A stretch of 31,177 nucleotides of DNA from Hydrurus foetidus (Eukaryota): assembly GCA_900617105.1 (NCBI GenBank), contig UYFQ01000509.1, positions 124,001 through 155,177 of the forward strand, written 5' to 3'. Below the pieces are notes generated by a model. That model made no database searches. It was not told where the DNA came from and was given only the letters and a program-made list of their open reading frames with translations. The position numbers and the translations under genes were made by a program. This document shows positions 12,701-23,406 of this stretch, piece by piece (the stretch's first letter is position 1; every line of letters starts with the position of its first letter).

Positions 12701-14856
12701 CTCTTCCTTCCTTCAGCGCTGCATCAGAGTTGCCGATATACCGTGTTTGGGGTCGCTATAACACGCCGCAAATCACTTCATACAAAAAGTTGCATACTGA
12801 AGATCTGGACTTGACTTGGACAGAGAGTGAGAAGGAAAAACAGAATGACACTGAAAGGCAGAATCACGCAGAAAGGTATAGTGGAATTGAGAGAGAGTTG
12901 GAGGGGGAGAGGGGGATGGAAGGACAAGAGGATGATATAGAGATGGACGACAGCAGCAGCAGCAATGTGAGTGATGAGAACGGCGGGAGTAGTTCCCTTG
13001 ACAGTAGCACACACAACTCCAGCCTATGCAGCAGCAACACGGCAATAAATGAAAAAGAAGGCAGTGCAGAAAAGAGGTCTCGAGAAAAAGAAAGGGAGAG
13101 AGACAGGGAAAAAAACTGGGATAAGGAGAGGGAGAGGGGGGAAGGTAGTGGTAGATACGGGATGAATGTAGTTGATCTCTCTTCAGGAATGTCAACAGCG
13201 TTGAAATCGAGAAGACATATCGGCACTCGCAATAAGAGTAACAGCACTTCAAGAGACAACACCTCAAATGGCAATAATCGCAACTCTTCAAGCAGTCATA
13301 GAAGTGGGAGTAATACGGGTAACATCGGCGTAATTGATGTTATAAACATCAATTACTCTGATAGAGCATCTAATAGATTGTCTAGGAGTAGGGAGAGAGT
13401 GAATGAGAAGGATGGCGGTTATAGAGGTCCCAGGTATGACAGCAGTAACGACCATGTGTCTTTTTTTGACGGACACTATACGGTAACTGCGGACGATAAT
13501 GAAGTCTTCAACAAGATGAATGTCCAAGACGCGCTAACAAAGAACAAACATGAAAATGATAGTGGACATGATAGAGAAATGAGGGTCGAATCAGCAGCTG
13601 CCAGAACGCATGCCGCTTCCTCCTCCTCCTCTTTCTCTTCCTCTTTTTTCATCGATCCTATTTCGGTTAACATGGGAAATAATTCTTCTTACCGCAGTAT
13701 TATAAACTATCGCGTCAAGAGAGGGAGAAGTGAGTAGCAACGCTGTTGACGATGTATTGCAACTGCATATTCTGCAATTCATCACTGCGCTGTTAATTAT
13801 ACGGTATTGCATGGTATTGCTCTACACCACCGTACACTGCACTACTCTACACTACACTACACTACACCACACTGTACTGCACTACACCGGGCCAAACTGC
13901 ACTGCACTACACTCACTACACCGCACCGCACCACACTACACTACACTACACTGCACTACACTACGTTACACCGGGCCACATCGCACTGCACTGCACTGTA
14001 CTACGCTACACCAGGCCACACCACACTGCACTACGCTATAGTACACTGCATGATCATACTTCCACTCTATTACAATAGATCACCGTATACTCTCATTATG
14101 TTCTTTTCTCAGCTGTCTTTTTCCTCCTTATTTATTGCAGGAAAAAACTCCAGGAAGTCTTTACGCAGTTACGGCCAATCTCCGGATAATTCTGAGTTGA
14201 ATTCGTCATCATTTACGCGCACCACTATCGCATTTCCTCTCACCTCCCCCGTCTCTACCTCTCACTCCCATTCAACCGCATTACCTCCTTCTGATACGAT
14301 TTCTTTGAATATTTATCCTCGTCGGACATTTATACCAAAAGATCGACCAATCCCTTTAGGGAAGATTTCTGGGGAATTCAATGATAGTGAAGAGGGAGTC
14401 GAAATGAGTGACGTAGACCTCGTCAGTAAACCCCTTGGAATCTCAACAGTTCTTAGACCCAAGATCCATCCACCTTCTGAGAAGAATGGCGTCCGTTCAA
14501 ATAGTACGGACGCTGTTTCGAAAGTATATTTCATGGACTTGAATGGACAGGATCTGCATCAGAATCAGTTGGATCCAAGTGCCACCATACGGGACGAAGA
14601 AAAAACTCATGATTTTGCGGAGCGAAATTTAAATCAACACCACACTTTAGTCTCTGACGCAAGTGATAGTAACACGGACGGAACACTTGCACCACTCAGA
14701 CGAGACGATAACGGCGATAAACATAGTGATAGCTACAACAATATCAGCGCAATTAATAAATTAAGCGCAAATACGAATAGCGATTCTCCAGAAGAAAAAT
14801 CGGTGATGACTCCTAACGATAATTCACATTACGGAATACTGAGACTGAAAATCTAA
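9757..14856 (+). CDS. Uncharacterised single-pass (type I) membrane protein, 5 exons, ~1092 aa
   Basis: Phase-consistent GT-AG exons: 9757-10331, 10862-11496, 11958-12297, 12717-13729, 14141-14856 (3279 nt). It has an N-terminal signal peptide (YFLISGVVFLCGCYVILG), a globular segment, an S/T/P-rich mucin-like stretch, a TM helix (IVISLSILVITIIGLAAALW) and a long low-complexity S/N/E/R tail. No family recognised. Confidence 0.75.
12495..12716. repeat. Pyrimidine-rich (CATCT/CTCTT)n degenerate microsatellite, intronic
   Basis: Repeated tctca/catct/ctcct units up to the acceptor at 12716. These explain the spurious hydrophobic N-terminus of ORF 12535. Confidence 0.75.
13820..14050. repeat. (CACTA/CACTG/CACCA)n pentanucleotide repeat, intronic
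   Basis: Tandem degenerate CACTA-type pentamers inside intron 13730-14140, with acaccgggcca-like units recurring. Confidence 0.85.
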
Positions 14857-15477
14857 TACCTTTAGGGGGCATCTTAGTGTGTGCACTTTTGCAATTTACA
14901 ATTACCCCAACACCACACAGTCACACATTAGAGAACCAAGATGATTTTTCTGTTTTCGGTTTGCGGTGTATTTCGGAATTTCGACGCCATAAAGTCTTCT
15001 GAAAATTTTACGCCGTCTAATTTTTTATTTCTTTGTCTCATCGAATTAAATTTGACGAACGCACTGAAATATATTTCTTGTTTAATCCATTTCTTTTTAC
15101 ATAAAAAAGTCTTCAAGGCTTTGTTATAATATACATTGTCGCAGTCATGATATTTTGTCTATTTTTATTTTTCGATGAAAGAGGAAGAACACGAGTGCCA
15201 GTTGTGAAGTCTAAACTCTCTCAGTAAAAACAAAAGCTGTAAAGAATCATTCTCAGTCGGTAACTCTCATTTGAAATTGCCGAGAGCTAGAAATATCCGG
15301 AACTAAAGCAACCAATTTCAGATTTTACTTTTTATGCCGGAGTAACGTACAGTATTATCCGTACAGTCCCGACGTCATCAGGTCGTTTTCAGGTTTGCTA
15401 CACAGTCCTCAAACACCAAATACGTCGTAATAAGGAAAGAAATCAATAGAAGGAGGGATTATTAGTTAATCTTTCTA

Positions 15478-16212
15478 TTAAAACTTCTCAGCAGCCAATC
15501 CACCCATGATGTAATAGAAGTTAGGTGTCAGGGCGCCCTCTGGATAAATTGAGAACACCATGGTTTCTGCGTTGAAAGAAGCTGTTAGGAAGAATTGTAC
15601 GTCACTGAATTGAGACAGGAAGAACTTGGCGATTCCTGGAGCTGTTGCTTTGAATGCTTGGATATCTTCCTTTGCCTTCTTCTTGTCTCTTAGCTTAAGC
15701 ACAACAGCATTCATGTATTCCTTGATCCAAGCCTTGAAGTCGGAAGCTGTTCCGATCTGAGTCTCAGTGTATTGAAAGCCATCAATGACGTTGTTTACCA
15801 TGGCGGCAGCATCGCCTCCTGTGAGTTCAAAGTTATTGTGAAGATAGTGAAGTGCAGGTTTTCAGAAGCGGGTGAAATGGTTTTGGCTGACCTGCTTCTT
15901 CCACGCCCTCGCCACCGAAAGCATTTCCGCAACCAACATCAACCTCGTCGTTATTCTTGCTGATCATCTTGGACTCGCACATCATAAGGCCCTCAACCTT
16001 TAATGATTGTTAGTTCTCACATTTTAACGAAAAAATCGATAGGCAGCATGAAGTCCTGAATTGAGCATGGATGATTCGCTATCGCAGAACACTTAACAGT
16101 TAGAGCAGCAATCTTTTCTTACCACAGCTCCTTCCTTGTCCTTTACTGGTGAGAGCTTGAAGGCATCAGAGAGAACCTCGTCTTCAGAGATGATGTCCCG
16201 GTAAACGATCAT
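15478..16212 (-). CDS. TCTP: Translationally controlled tumour protein, 3 exons, 178 aa
   Basis: Exons 16212-16123, 15997-15892 and 15818-15478 (537 nt) give MIVYRDIISEDEVLSDAF...VDVGCGNAFGG...MVNNVIDGFQYTET...FKAWIKEYM...DVQFF...TPNFYYIMGGLAAEKF, matching the N-terminal, loop and C-terminal TCTP signatures. Confidence 0.93.
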
Positions 16213-16562
16213 TTCTGCATCAAAAATACTTTTTAGCTCTTCTGCAGATTTCAAAACTTGCGAAGTATGATAACATCGCTTGCAGGGGAAACGAACCTCG
16301 CTTTTCTGATCCTTCTCCTGAAGACTTTGGCGATGATGTGACGTCGTCGCTAGCGAATCGCACGTCTCCTGAAAGCTGAGATTTGGTCTTGAAAAACTTC
16401 AAAATACGGATTTGAGATTTGAGTCAAGCACGGTTCCTGTGGGGCATCACAGATCATAGGTCACAGGGAGTGTTAGATGCAAGCATGAATTGTTCTCGTT
16501 GGGCGAACGAACTCCAATTAAAGATTGATTGTCAATAATTGTTGTCGTTAATTGCAGCAAAT

Positions 16563-16608
16563 ATTTACACAATTAATTGGTGATTTCTACCCAATAAATT
16601 GTGTAAAT
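16563..16608. repeat. AT-rich inverted repeat, core of a degenerate palindrome upstream of TCTP
   Basis: atttacacaattaattgg / ccaataaattgtgtaaat: 18-bp arms with 1 mismatch, within an AATTG-rich block at ~16520-16700. Confidence 0.6.
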
Positions 16609-17503
16609 TTGTTAATTGCTGTAATGCTGTAATTGTTAATTGATTTCTCGAATTCAATAATTGCAACTATTAATTGTAAAATTATTTCGGTCGGCAATTA
16701 AATGTGCCATTATCGGTTTTATATGCTTGATTATATATCCGTGTAAGTATCAGCCACTCTTGGCTAAATGATCGCCTAACGGTCATTTTTTTCAACAACT
16801 CACGACTGACCACAAATTTTCTCTCACATCATGATTACGCCAGCAGATCTCCCGAGCACAATTAGTAACCACCTACGGCCATACTTGTAGTATGCACAGC
16901 AAGTCTAGGTTGTTGTTTGTTCTATATAATCTCCTCTGATGACGGTGATAACTTTAGCTTTCAGATTTGCAAACTACAAATGAAATCGTGGCTGCGAGAT
17001 GACCAGTTAGACCAGGCTGAGTAATGACACCTCTCCAATTAACAAAGCCTTCTTTCTTTCATAGCCATTTAAAAGGTAAAATCAGAGAGAGACATTTACT
17101 TACACGGATTACGCGTACAAAAATGCCATTACAGTACCAATAAAAATCTGAAATGTGTTACAATTATTTTCGATAACCCTCTAAATCAGAATATCAAAAT
17201 CATGGATAAATCATGAAAGTTACAATTCAAACAACAAAAGAAAAAAATTGGATCTCAGGAAAATTTTCATGAGTTGGAAGAAGCATCCAATTTGTTAAAA
17301 ATATAAGTGCGGCATTTTTCATGATAATTTTCGTATAATACAAATATGCAAATAAATATCAGGACGGCTTTCAGTGGTTGTGTCACACATTTGAAGCTGA
17401 TTAATTAATTGATTGATTAATTAATTGCTTGATTGATTTCTCTTTCTCCAATTCATTCATTCTTTAACTCTTATTTCCCTCTTTAACATGGTTGAACAAT
17501 ATT

Positions 17504-19475
17504 TCAAACAGGTCTGGGTGTCCTTGCCCCGTGGCTAGATTTGCTCGTGTATTCCGCAATGATACTATTCGAACGATAAACAATAATCGAGGTAAGAAAT
17601 ATCAGCTGATTTCAGACTGTTAGAAGAATTCTACGATGCGATTCATTTCATTCTTTTGGTTTCATAATTCAATTCAATTCAATTCAACTCTAGATCAAGA
17701 CTGTCAAACAAAATATTGGTAAATTTTCATTTTCGATTAATCAATCAGTCAGTCAGTGAAGTGTATCGGTCCGTCCTTTGGGACATCAATTTGTAAGTCA
17801 AAAAAGGCTGAGATACATGACAGCTGTCTCGAGTGAGCAAGCACTCTCGTCTAGCATTGCGCCTTCCCTGATTCCATATAATTTTATATCTCATCTTTAT
17901 ATCTCTTTACTTCATCACATTATCAAATTCACTTACGTTGTTATGTTCAATGTGAGATGGGACAATAAATGAGGTTTGTTGGCCACTAAGCCCAAATACC
18001 TTAAAAAAAAGAAGGGAAAAGTCAACAAAATGAAAAATGGATAATGCAGAAAAAAAGAAAAAGAAAAGCGATATTAAGATTTTGTACAGAGCGATATGTT
18101 TTTTGTAAAAATACATGAGTTCGAAATTATTATTTTTCAAACATGAGTTTGAAAAAATCGAAACCATGCATTACGATTGCTCTCACTCTGAGTAAGCTAT
18201 GAATCCTGGCTTGAGAGGATTAGCTTCTTTCATGGTTTGCTCTACAATCTGATCAACATTTTCTGAAATGGAAAAATGAGAAGAGCAAAAAAGTGGAAGG
18301 AAATAAGTACGTAAAAAGTGCAGCACGGTAACATTTTTCTGTAGGAATTAGTGTTATGTAAAGAAGTAATAGACGAGTGGGAAAAGAGAGATGTAGCATT
18401 AATACAATTTATCTCGCTGCGAGAAGTCTTAAGTTGGAATTTGTTATATCGCCCTATGGGTATCCAAACGGCCTGTATAGCATCAAATTACTATTGGATG
18501 ATATTAATAGACACTTTTACAGTACTACCAAAACAGAATAAAATGTCCAAAATCTTCTACCCCTAGACTCGTATGCATTTTCGGACATTTTATTCTGTTT
18601 TACGGCACACATACCCTAACTTCGATCAGATTTTTCAAGCAAATATGAAAACATAAAAAACTCAGCACCATCATGTTTGATAATACTCATTTGATTATAC
18701 ATATAAAAATAACTATTTTTCATTCACGATTTGATGCACCTTTTCTAATAACGATGTCCTGTTCCTTTAGAGTGATAGCAACAACAGTTGTTAGATCTTT
18801 GCTACTAATCATCCCATCCCCGTCAAGGTCATAAATCTGAAAAGATACTGGCGATAAAGGAGGTATCATGTGAAGAGGATGAGTAGTATTGCTGGAATCC
18901 GTCGATGCTAGTCACCAATCGCCGCCTATTGATTTCATCATTCCAGTCGTAGATACGAAGATGTAGTTCATCTCAATGAGAGATAGAGGCATATTGGCGT
19001 ACATTTCAATTTATCTTCCGGCAAGGCTTTATTAGAGACTTTGGATAGACAGGCTATGTACTGATTGAAGTCTATCAGACCATCGTTGTCCGTGTCCAAT
19101 ACTTTGAAAATGCGATCAAGTAAAGCAGAATCACGAAACAGCATGGCCTCCTGGAATTGGCTGATCACGAAGAAACGCATGTCAGATCTTGTCGTTATTG
19201 TCCGATGCCATTATAGATGCTACTTATCGGTCACTACAGCGCAGTATGCCCAATAAGACGATTCGAATAATGATGTGCTTATACATAAATGATGAAATCG
19301 AGTGAGTCGAAATCTTTGGATACCTCTTGGTTATCATTGCATGATGCCTACTAGTATGATTAAAGAAGAACCAGATAGCTCGAATCTCGACTACGTTGAA
19401 GACAGTTGATCCAGCCAAACGTTCAATATCAGTTGCAGACAATGTGCATGGCTCTACATCAATAATGTTGCCCAT
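17504..19475 (-). CDS. Calcineurin B-like / NCS-type EF-hand calcium sensor, 6 exons, ~205 aa
   Basis: Exons 19475-19324, 19160-19003, 18847-18740, 18262-18187, 17999-17937, 17564-17504 (618 nt, phase-consistent). It starts MGN (possible myristoylation) and contains TVFNVVEIRAIW and EF loops DRIFKVLDTDNDGLIDF and LSFQIYDLDGDGMISSKDL. The last exon is the least certain. Confidence 0.85.
18530..18601. repeat. Short inverted repeat (MITE-like) in an intron of the EF-hand gene
   Basis: Perfect 19-bp arms aaaacagaataaaatgtcc / ggacattttattctgtttt around a 34-bp spacer. Confidence 0.7.
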
Positions 19476-20280
19476 TTCGAGAGAAGATCAAGGACTGAAA
19501 ATTTTTGGAAACTCGCGTCGCAGTACGCCAGCTTACAATAGATCGATGGGGGTTACTGCTTCAATTTATTTTACAAACTCGACTAGATTCGATTCAGATG
19601 TGCTTCTGAGTTATGATTTGATATTTGCACGGACGCTGCTATGTGGAGTTTGATGGTACGCTCGGTCTGCCAGTTTCATTAAAAAATGGAGACCAGATAC
19701 GTAACATTTCCAACAACACCTCGACTATGATAATTTCTCTGAACTTTTTTTCTCATCCGTAAAACGTTGTGAGGGATATCCAATATTGTGTGCGTCCGCG
19801 AAAAATAAATGTGAATTGGTATTATTGAACACCATTGATGAAGCATGAAAATGCACTTCGAAACTTATGGAACTACTCAACAATAATGTTTGAGAAAGAT
19901 TGTTTCGCACCAGATGCAATAAAATAGTTGCATCTGTATGATATCTTGTAGAGGCGACTATTTGTCTACTTCTTGGACCTTAGACCTAAAACATAGATCA
20001 CCCACTCAGATACCGATTTCAAAGAAAAAAGAATTCGTTTGTTGTCCCAACTATGTGAATTAATTCTCTAAAAACCGTGTTACGCATCATTCACTCACAT
20101 AAGTGTACTATCATCTACTAAAATTGTTCAGCAATCGAACATATATCCGTATGTTGTATCATATCATTGCAATGATCCGTATCGTTTTTTTTATCATCAT
20201 TAATGTGGTCCATACATAGGTCCTTTAAAGTGAAAAGGTAATAAAGGGGATACTAAATTTCTAATACAAAATTAGTCCCT

Positions 20281-21639
20281 TCAAAATGACCATTTTTTGG
20301 TCTTGATTCGGATCGCATTTGAGTAAGGAATAGATTTGACTAGATTCACGGATTTGTTAAGGAGCTGCAAGTAAATAGGGAGATCGGATATGCTAATATA
20401 AATTTTCGATGAATTGATGTACAAATAGTGTTGCGATAAGGATAGATGACTGACGTCACTTTTGAAAATTTCCCCCTCGTATAGTAGACTGGATATGGAG
20501 GTATTAAAAATGTGAAACGGATCAGTTACGACAAACGTAGATCTGATTTTAGGTAAGGAAGTGACATCATGTAAAATTGAAGTATATGAAATTCGAAGTA
20601 ATGCGTTTAAATGGAATACAACCCATTCCGATATAGGACCCGGCATACAGTAATGTAAGCAGTCATTTTTAGAAACATGAGAATCTATTCTAAGATTGGT
20701 GCTTGTTGCGATATCAATGAAGAATACCATCGGGAAGTAAACACTTAGGAACTCTTTCACAAGAGCATTTTGAGTCTGATAAAGATACCAGTTGTATTGC
20801 GGGTTTACAAGTGATTTCCGATTTATTCTTTCCCTTTCACTCGGTGTATTCTCTAATGGAGATGACCGCATTGTAGCAGCACAATTTTCATGTCCAGTGA
20901 AAGTATTCCGAAAAATAATACTCATCAATGGATGGTGTTCGTAGATTAGACTCAGACTGGCATTTAGATTCTTTAAAAGTTCGTCGTCCTTCTGATAATG
21001 AGTGCCAGTGCTCATTAAAATTAGAGATATGTTGTGCCGTGCTAAGGAAGTCATGATCGCTCCAGCTTCAGATCTCAACTTATAGTTCTTGACGAAACCG
21101 TCCAAATGATTAGAACGCTCAAAATTCATTGTAAATGAAGGCTCGTTGATGCAATCCACGACCACAGGCAACCGACAATCCTTTCCCCAATCGCAAAGCT
21201 TCTCACATCTTGCAGCAGATTCAAGGCGCTTAGTACGAGTGTTGCTGGAGTTGAATAATCCATCGGAAGCAGCTGTTGTTGCGAGTGCTGCGCTGACAAA
21301 TTCGAAGTAGAATTCTTGCTGTAAGGAATCACCGACAAAGAGAATATTGCGTCCATTAGCCACTGCACACATTTCAGCTGGATTCCATGGGGCTAGGTTG
21401 CCGTTTTGAGGTTTCCAGGAGTAGTAACTCCCTACGTTTGCATTACTGAGCGAACAGTCCTCAGCAACGTATTTCAGTATGTTGGGATGCTCGAAGACGC
21501 ACGGTGTTGAATATGGAGGAGAGAAACTTTTCTTTTGCCAGGAATTTATCCATGTGCCAGAGAAGAAGAGGTTATCCATGGATGCCTGGATACTGTGCCA
21601 GTTATGGATGCTGAAGTTGATTCCCAGAAAATTCGCCAT
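20281..21639 (-). CDS. TBL/PC-esterase (GDS...DxxH) family polysaccharide O-acetyltransferase-like protein
   Basis: SGTW...YYSWKP, GRNILFVGDSLQQE (GDS), STGTHY, IIFRNTFTGHENC, LRIDSH...NDCLHYCMPGP..EW (DCxHxCxPG). This is the motif order of the TBL/PC-esterase family. The true start codon is uncertain. Confidence 0.85.
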   Translation of the reverse strand: MANFLGINFSIHNWHSIQASMDNLFFSGTWINSWQKKSFSPPYSTPCVFEHPNILKYVAEDCSLSNANVGSYYSWKPQNGNLAPWNPAEMCAVANGRNILFVGDSLQQEFYFEFVSAALATTAASDGLFNSSNTRTKRLESAARCEKLCDWGKDCRLPVVVDCINEPSFTMNFERSNHLDGFVKNYKLRSEAGAIMTSLARHNISLILMSTGTHYQKDDELLKNLNASLSLIYEHHPLMSIIFRNTFTGHENCAATMRSSPLENTPSERERINRKSLVNPQYNWYLYQTQNALVKEFLSVYFPMVFFIDIATSTNLRIDSHVSKNDCLHYCMPGPISEWVVFHLNALLRISYTSILHDVTSLPKIRSTFVVTDPFHIFNTSISSLLYEGEIFKSDVSHLSLSQHYLYINSSKIYISISDLPIYLQLLNKSVNLVKSIPYSNAIRIKTKKWSF

Positions 21640-22086
21640 GCTCGAGATGGACCCCCTATCACTGACCGCCAGTTGTCACTGATAACTATGAGAGAGATGA
21701 ATAATCTCGAATCGAAACTGCAGAAACTTCCTGTACCCAACTGTATTGGAATTTCTTGGCACGCAGCAGTCTCTTCCGAAATTAGAATTCGATGGGATGT
21801 GGGATGGTGTTGCGTGAAGACCAGTCCTCATAAAGTGACGTGCCCAGTGCTGCCAACAATGTGGTGGCATAGGTGGGCAAGAATTGAAAAGATTGCTGAT
21901 ATAGATTATAGGTATAGATTATAGATCAACTGATGGAATTCTGGGCGATTTACACGGAATTTCTTCCGAGTTCCCAAACGATCCCTGCACTTCCGACTGC
22001 TAGCAACGCTCGCTCAAAAGAGAAGAAGACGTTCTACTCGGTAAGTTGGATTAAACGACAGTGACATGCTGTCTATTACATCTAGG

Positions 22087-22278
22087 TGTTCATATACACT
22101 CATGTACGCGGACAGCGGCATACACCGTATACACGATCTTCATCGCTTCAATGTACCATCGTCATCTCTCATTCAATCTGTAGCCTTTCCAGACACTTAG
22201 TGCATAAGTTAATCTAAACACTCATAAACTTGTGTTCATCGGTTTGCTCTTGAGGCTGAACGTTCACAGCTCTCAACA
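22087..22278 (+). repeat. Putative 5' LTR of the copia-like element (TGTT...AACA, 192 bp)
   Basis: Ends ...ctctcaaca 12 nt before the gag ATG; the best matching start is tgttca at 22087. The second LTR is not in the window, so both boundaries, especially the left one, are inferred. Confidence 0.55.
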
Positions 22279-22290
22279 GTTTAGATTACA

Positions 22291-23406
22291 ATGACCTCCA
22301 TGACCGATCCAATCCCTTTCATATCGATCTCCAAAGAAAATTTCGCGGAGTTTCAACGGCAAGTGTACGATTACGCCGCATCCATCTGCGTCGAGAATGG
22401 TTTTCTCCCCCATCGCCACGGCTTACTTTCGTTTGTCACCACGATCGAAACCTGGCAACAGCTTCCGGGCAATGCATTTCTTGACAACGACGTATTGAAC
22501 TTTCGTCCGCGTGATGTGCTCACACCGCCGGTACCTCCAGCAGATAATGCCAATGCGTGGCATCTCTTCGATTACAGACATAAGGAGTTCGAAAAAGCTA
22601 CCACAGCAGTCCTCCTCCTTACTCGTCGATTAAAAGATGCGTTGCCTCCAGCAGACCGCAACGAGCTATCCGATCCGATCCTCGGAATGGGCCGCATCGA
22701 TTCTCTTACCATCATGGCACATCTACGCACACAGTACGGGACCCTCACATCGGAGGATTACAAGCTCCTGTACTCTCAATTGGCCCTCAAACTCGATAGT
22801 GCCATGAATTTCACCGGTTTTGCAGCCGATCAAAGATTCATCTTCGAGCAACTCGCCGCACAAGGCCAACCTGTTCCAGAGTTACAGAAATGCGACTTCT
22901 TGCGAACCGGCACTTCTCATTTATTACCCATTCAAAAAGCTATCGACTCCTACCTTACCGCCAATCCGCGCGCAGCAACTCAAAACTTCGCCACTTTGGT
23001 CGAACACATCACATTGCACTCACCCAACTTTGCTCAAACTACTTCCGACATGGGATACACCGCCGCCAACACAACTGCAACCCATAAATCCGACGCTACC
23101 GATTTTCTATCCTCCCCCTCATTCATGGCCGCATTGGCTACAGCTGCAGCAGCTGCCGCAATACCTCCGCACCGACCACCTCGCAACCAAAGATCGGGCC
23201 GAGGCCGGCGCAATTCCAAAGTCCCTCTCACTCCACCGCCTAGTACACCTCCTCGCACCTACTGCTATGCACATGGCTACGACACTCACAGTGGCTTAGA
23301 TTGCCACAAGATGAGATACGGTCCGGCGGCACAAGATTTTAATGACGCCGCTCGCAAAGCCGTTGATCACACCACGGTCTCTGGCGGATCAACCACGCGG
23401 TTGTGA
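22291..23406 (+). CDS. Gag-like protein, 371 aa
   Basis: Helical core (TIMAHLRTQYG), basic RGRR segment, atypical zinc knuckle YCYAHGYDTHSGLDC (23260-23304) and terminal A......SGGS. This resembles the YCWxHG...H...C...MGGS end of CoDi-type Gag as I recall it. Confidence 0.75.
   Translation: MTSMTDPIPFISISKENFAEFQRQVYDYAASICVENGFLPHRHGLLSFVTTIETWQQLPGNAFLDNDVLNFRPRDVLTPPVPPADNANAWHLFDYRHKEFEKATTAVLLLTRRLKDALPPADRNELSDPILGMGRIDSLTIMAHLRTQYGTLTSEDYKLLYSQLALKLDSAMNFTGFAADQRFIFEQLAAQGQPVPELQKCDFLRTGTSHLLPIQKAIDSYLTANPRAATQNFATLVEHITLHSPNFAQTTSDMGYTAANTTATHKSDATDFLSSPSFMAALATAAAAAAIPPHRPPRNQRSGRGRRNSKVPLTPPPSTPPRTYCYAHGYDTHSGLDCHKMRYGPAAQDFNDAARKAVDHTTVSGGSTTRL

Noticed and set aside
12535..12716. 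Hydrophobic signal/TM-like N-terminus of ORF 12535
   Set aside because: It is a pyrimidine-rich intron end; the phase-correct acceptor is at 12716.
13730..14140. His/Thr/Tyr-rich ORFs (13730-14041 and the N-terminus of 13807-14856), or a CRISPR-like array
   Set aside because: They are translations of an intronic CACTA pentamer microsatellite. There are no constant repeats with unique spacers and no cas genes.
16220..16402. Small ORF upstream of TCTP
   Set aside because: Short, starts at a non-ATG codon, has no recognisable motif and overlaps the likely TCTP promoter/5' UTR.
21901..21924. Direct repeat atagattatag x2 as a transposon footprint
   Set aside because: Too short and low-complexity to support a call.
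23404..23406. Selenocysteine recoding of the gag TGA
   Set aside because: No redox motif context and no SECIS seen; the CARYYA context and gag-pol position explain it better.
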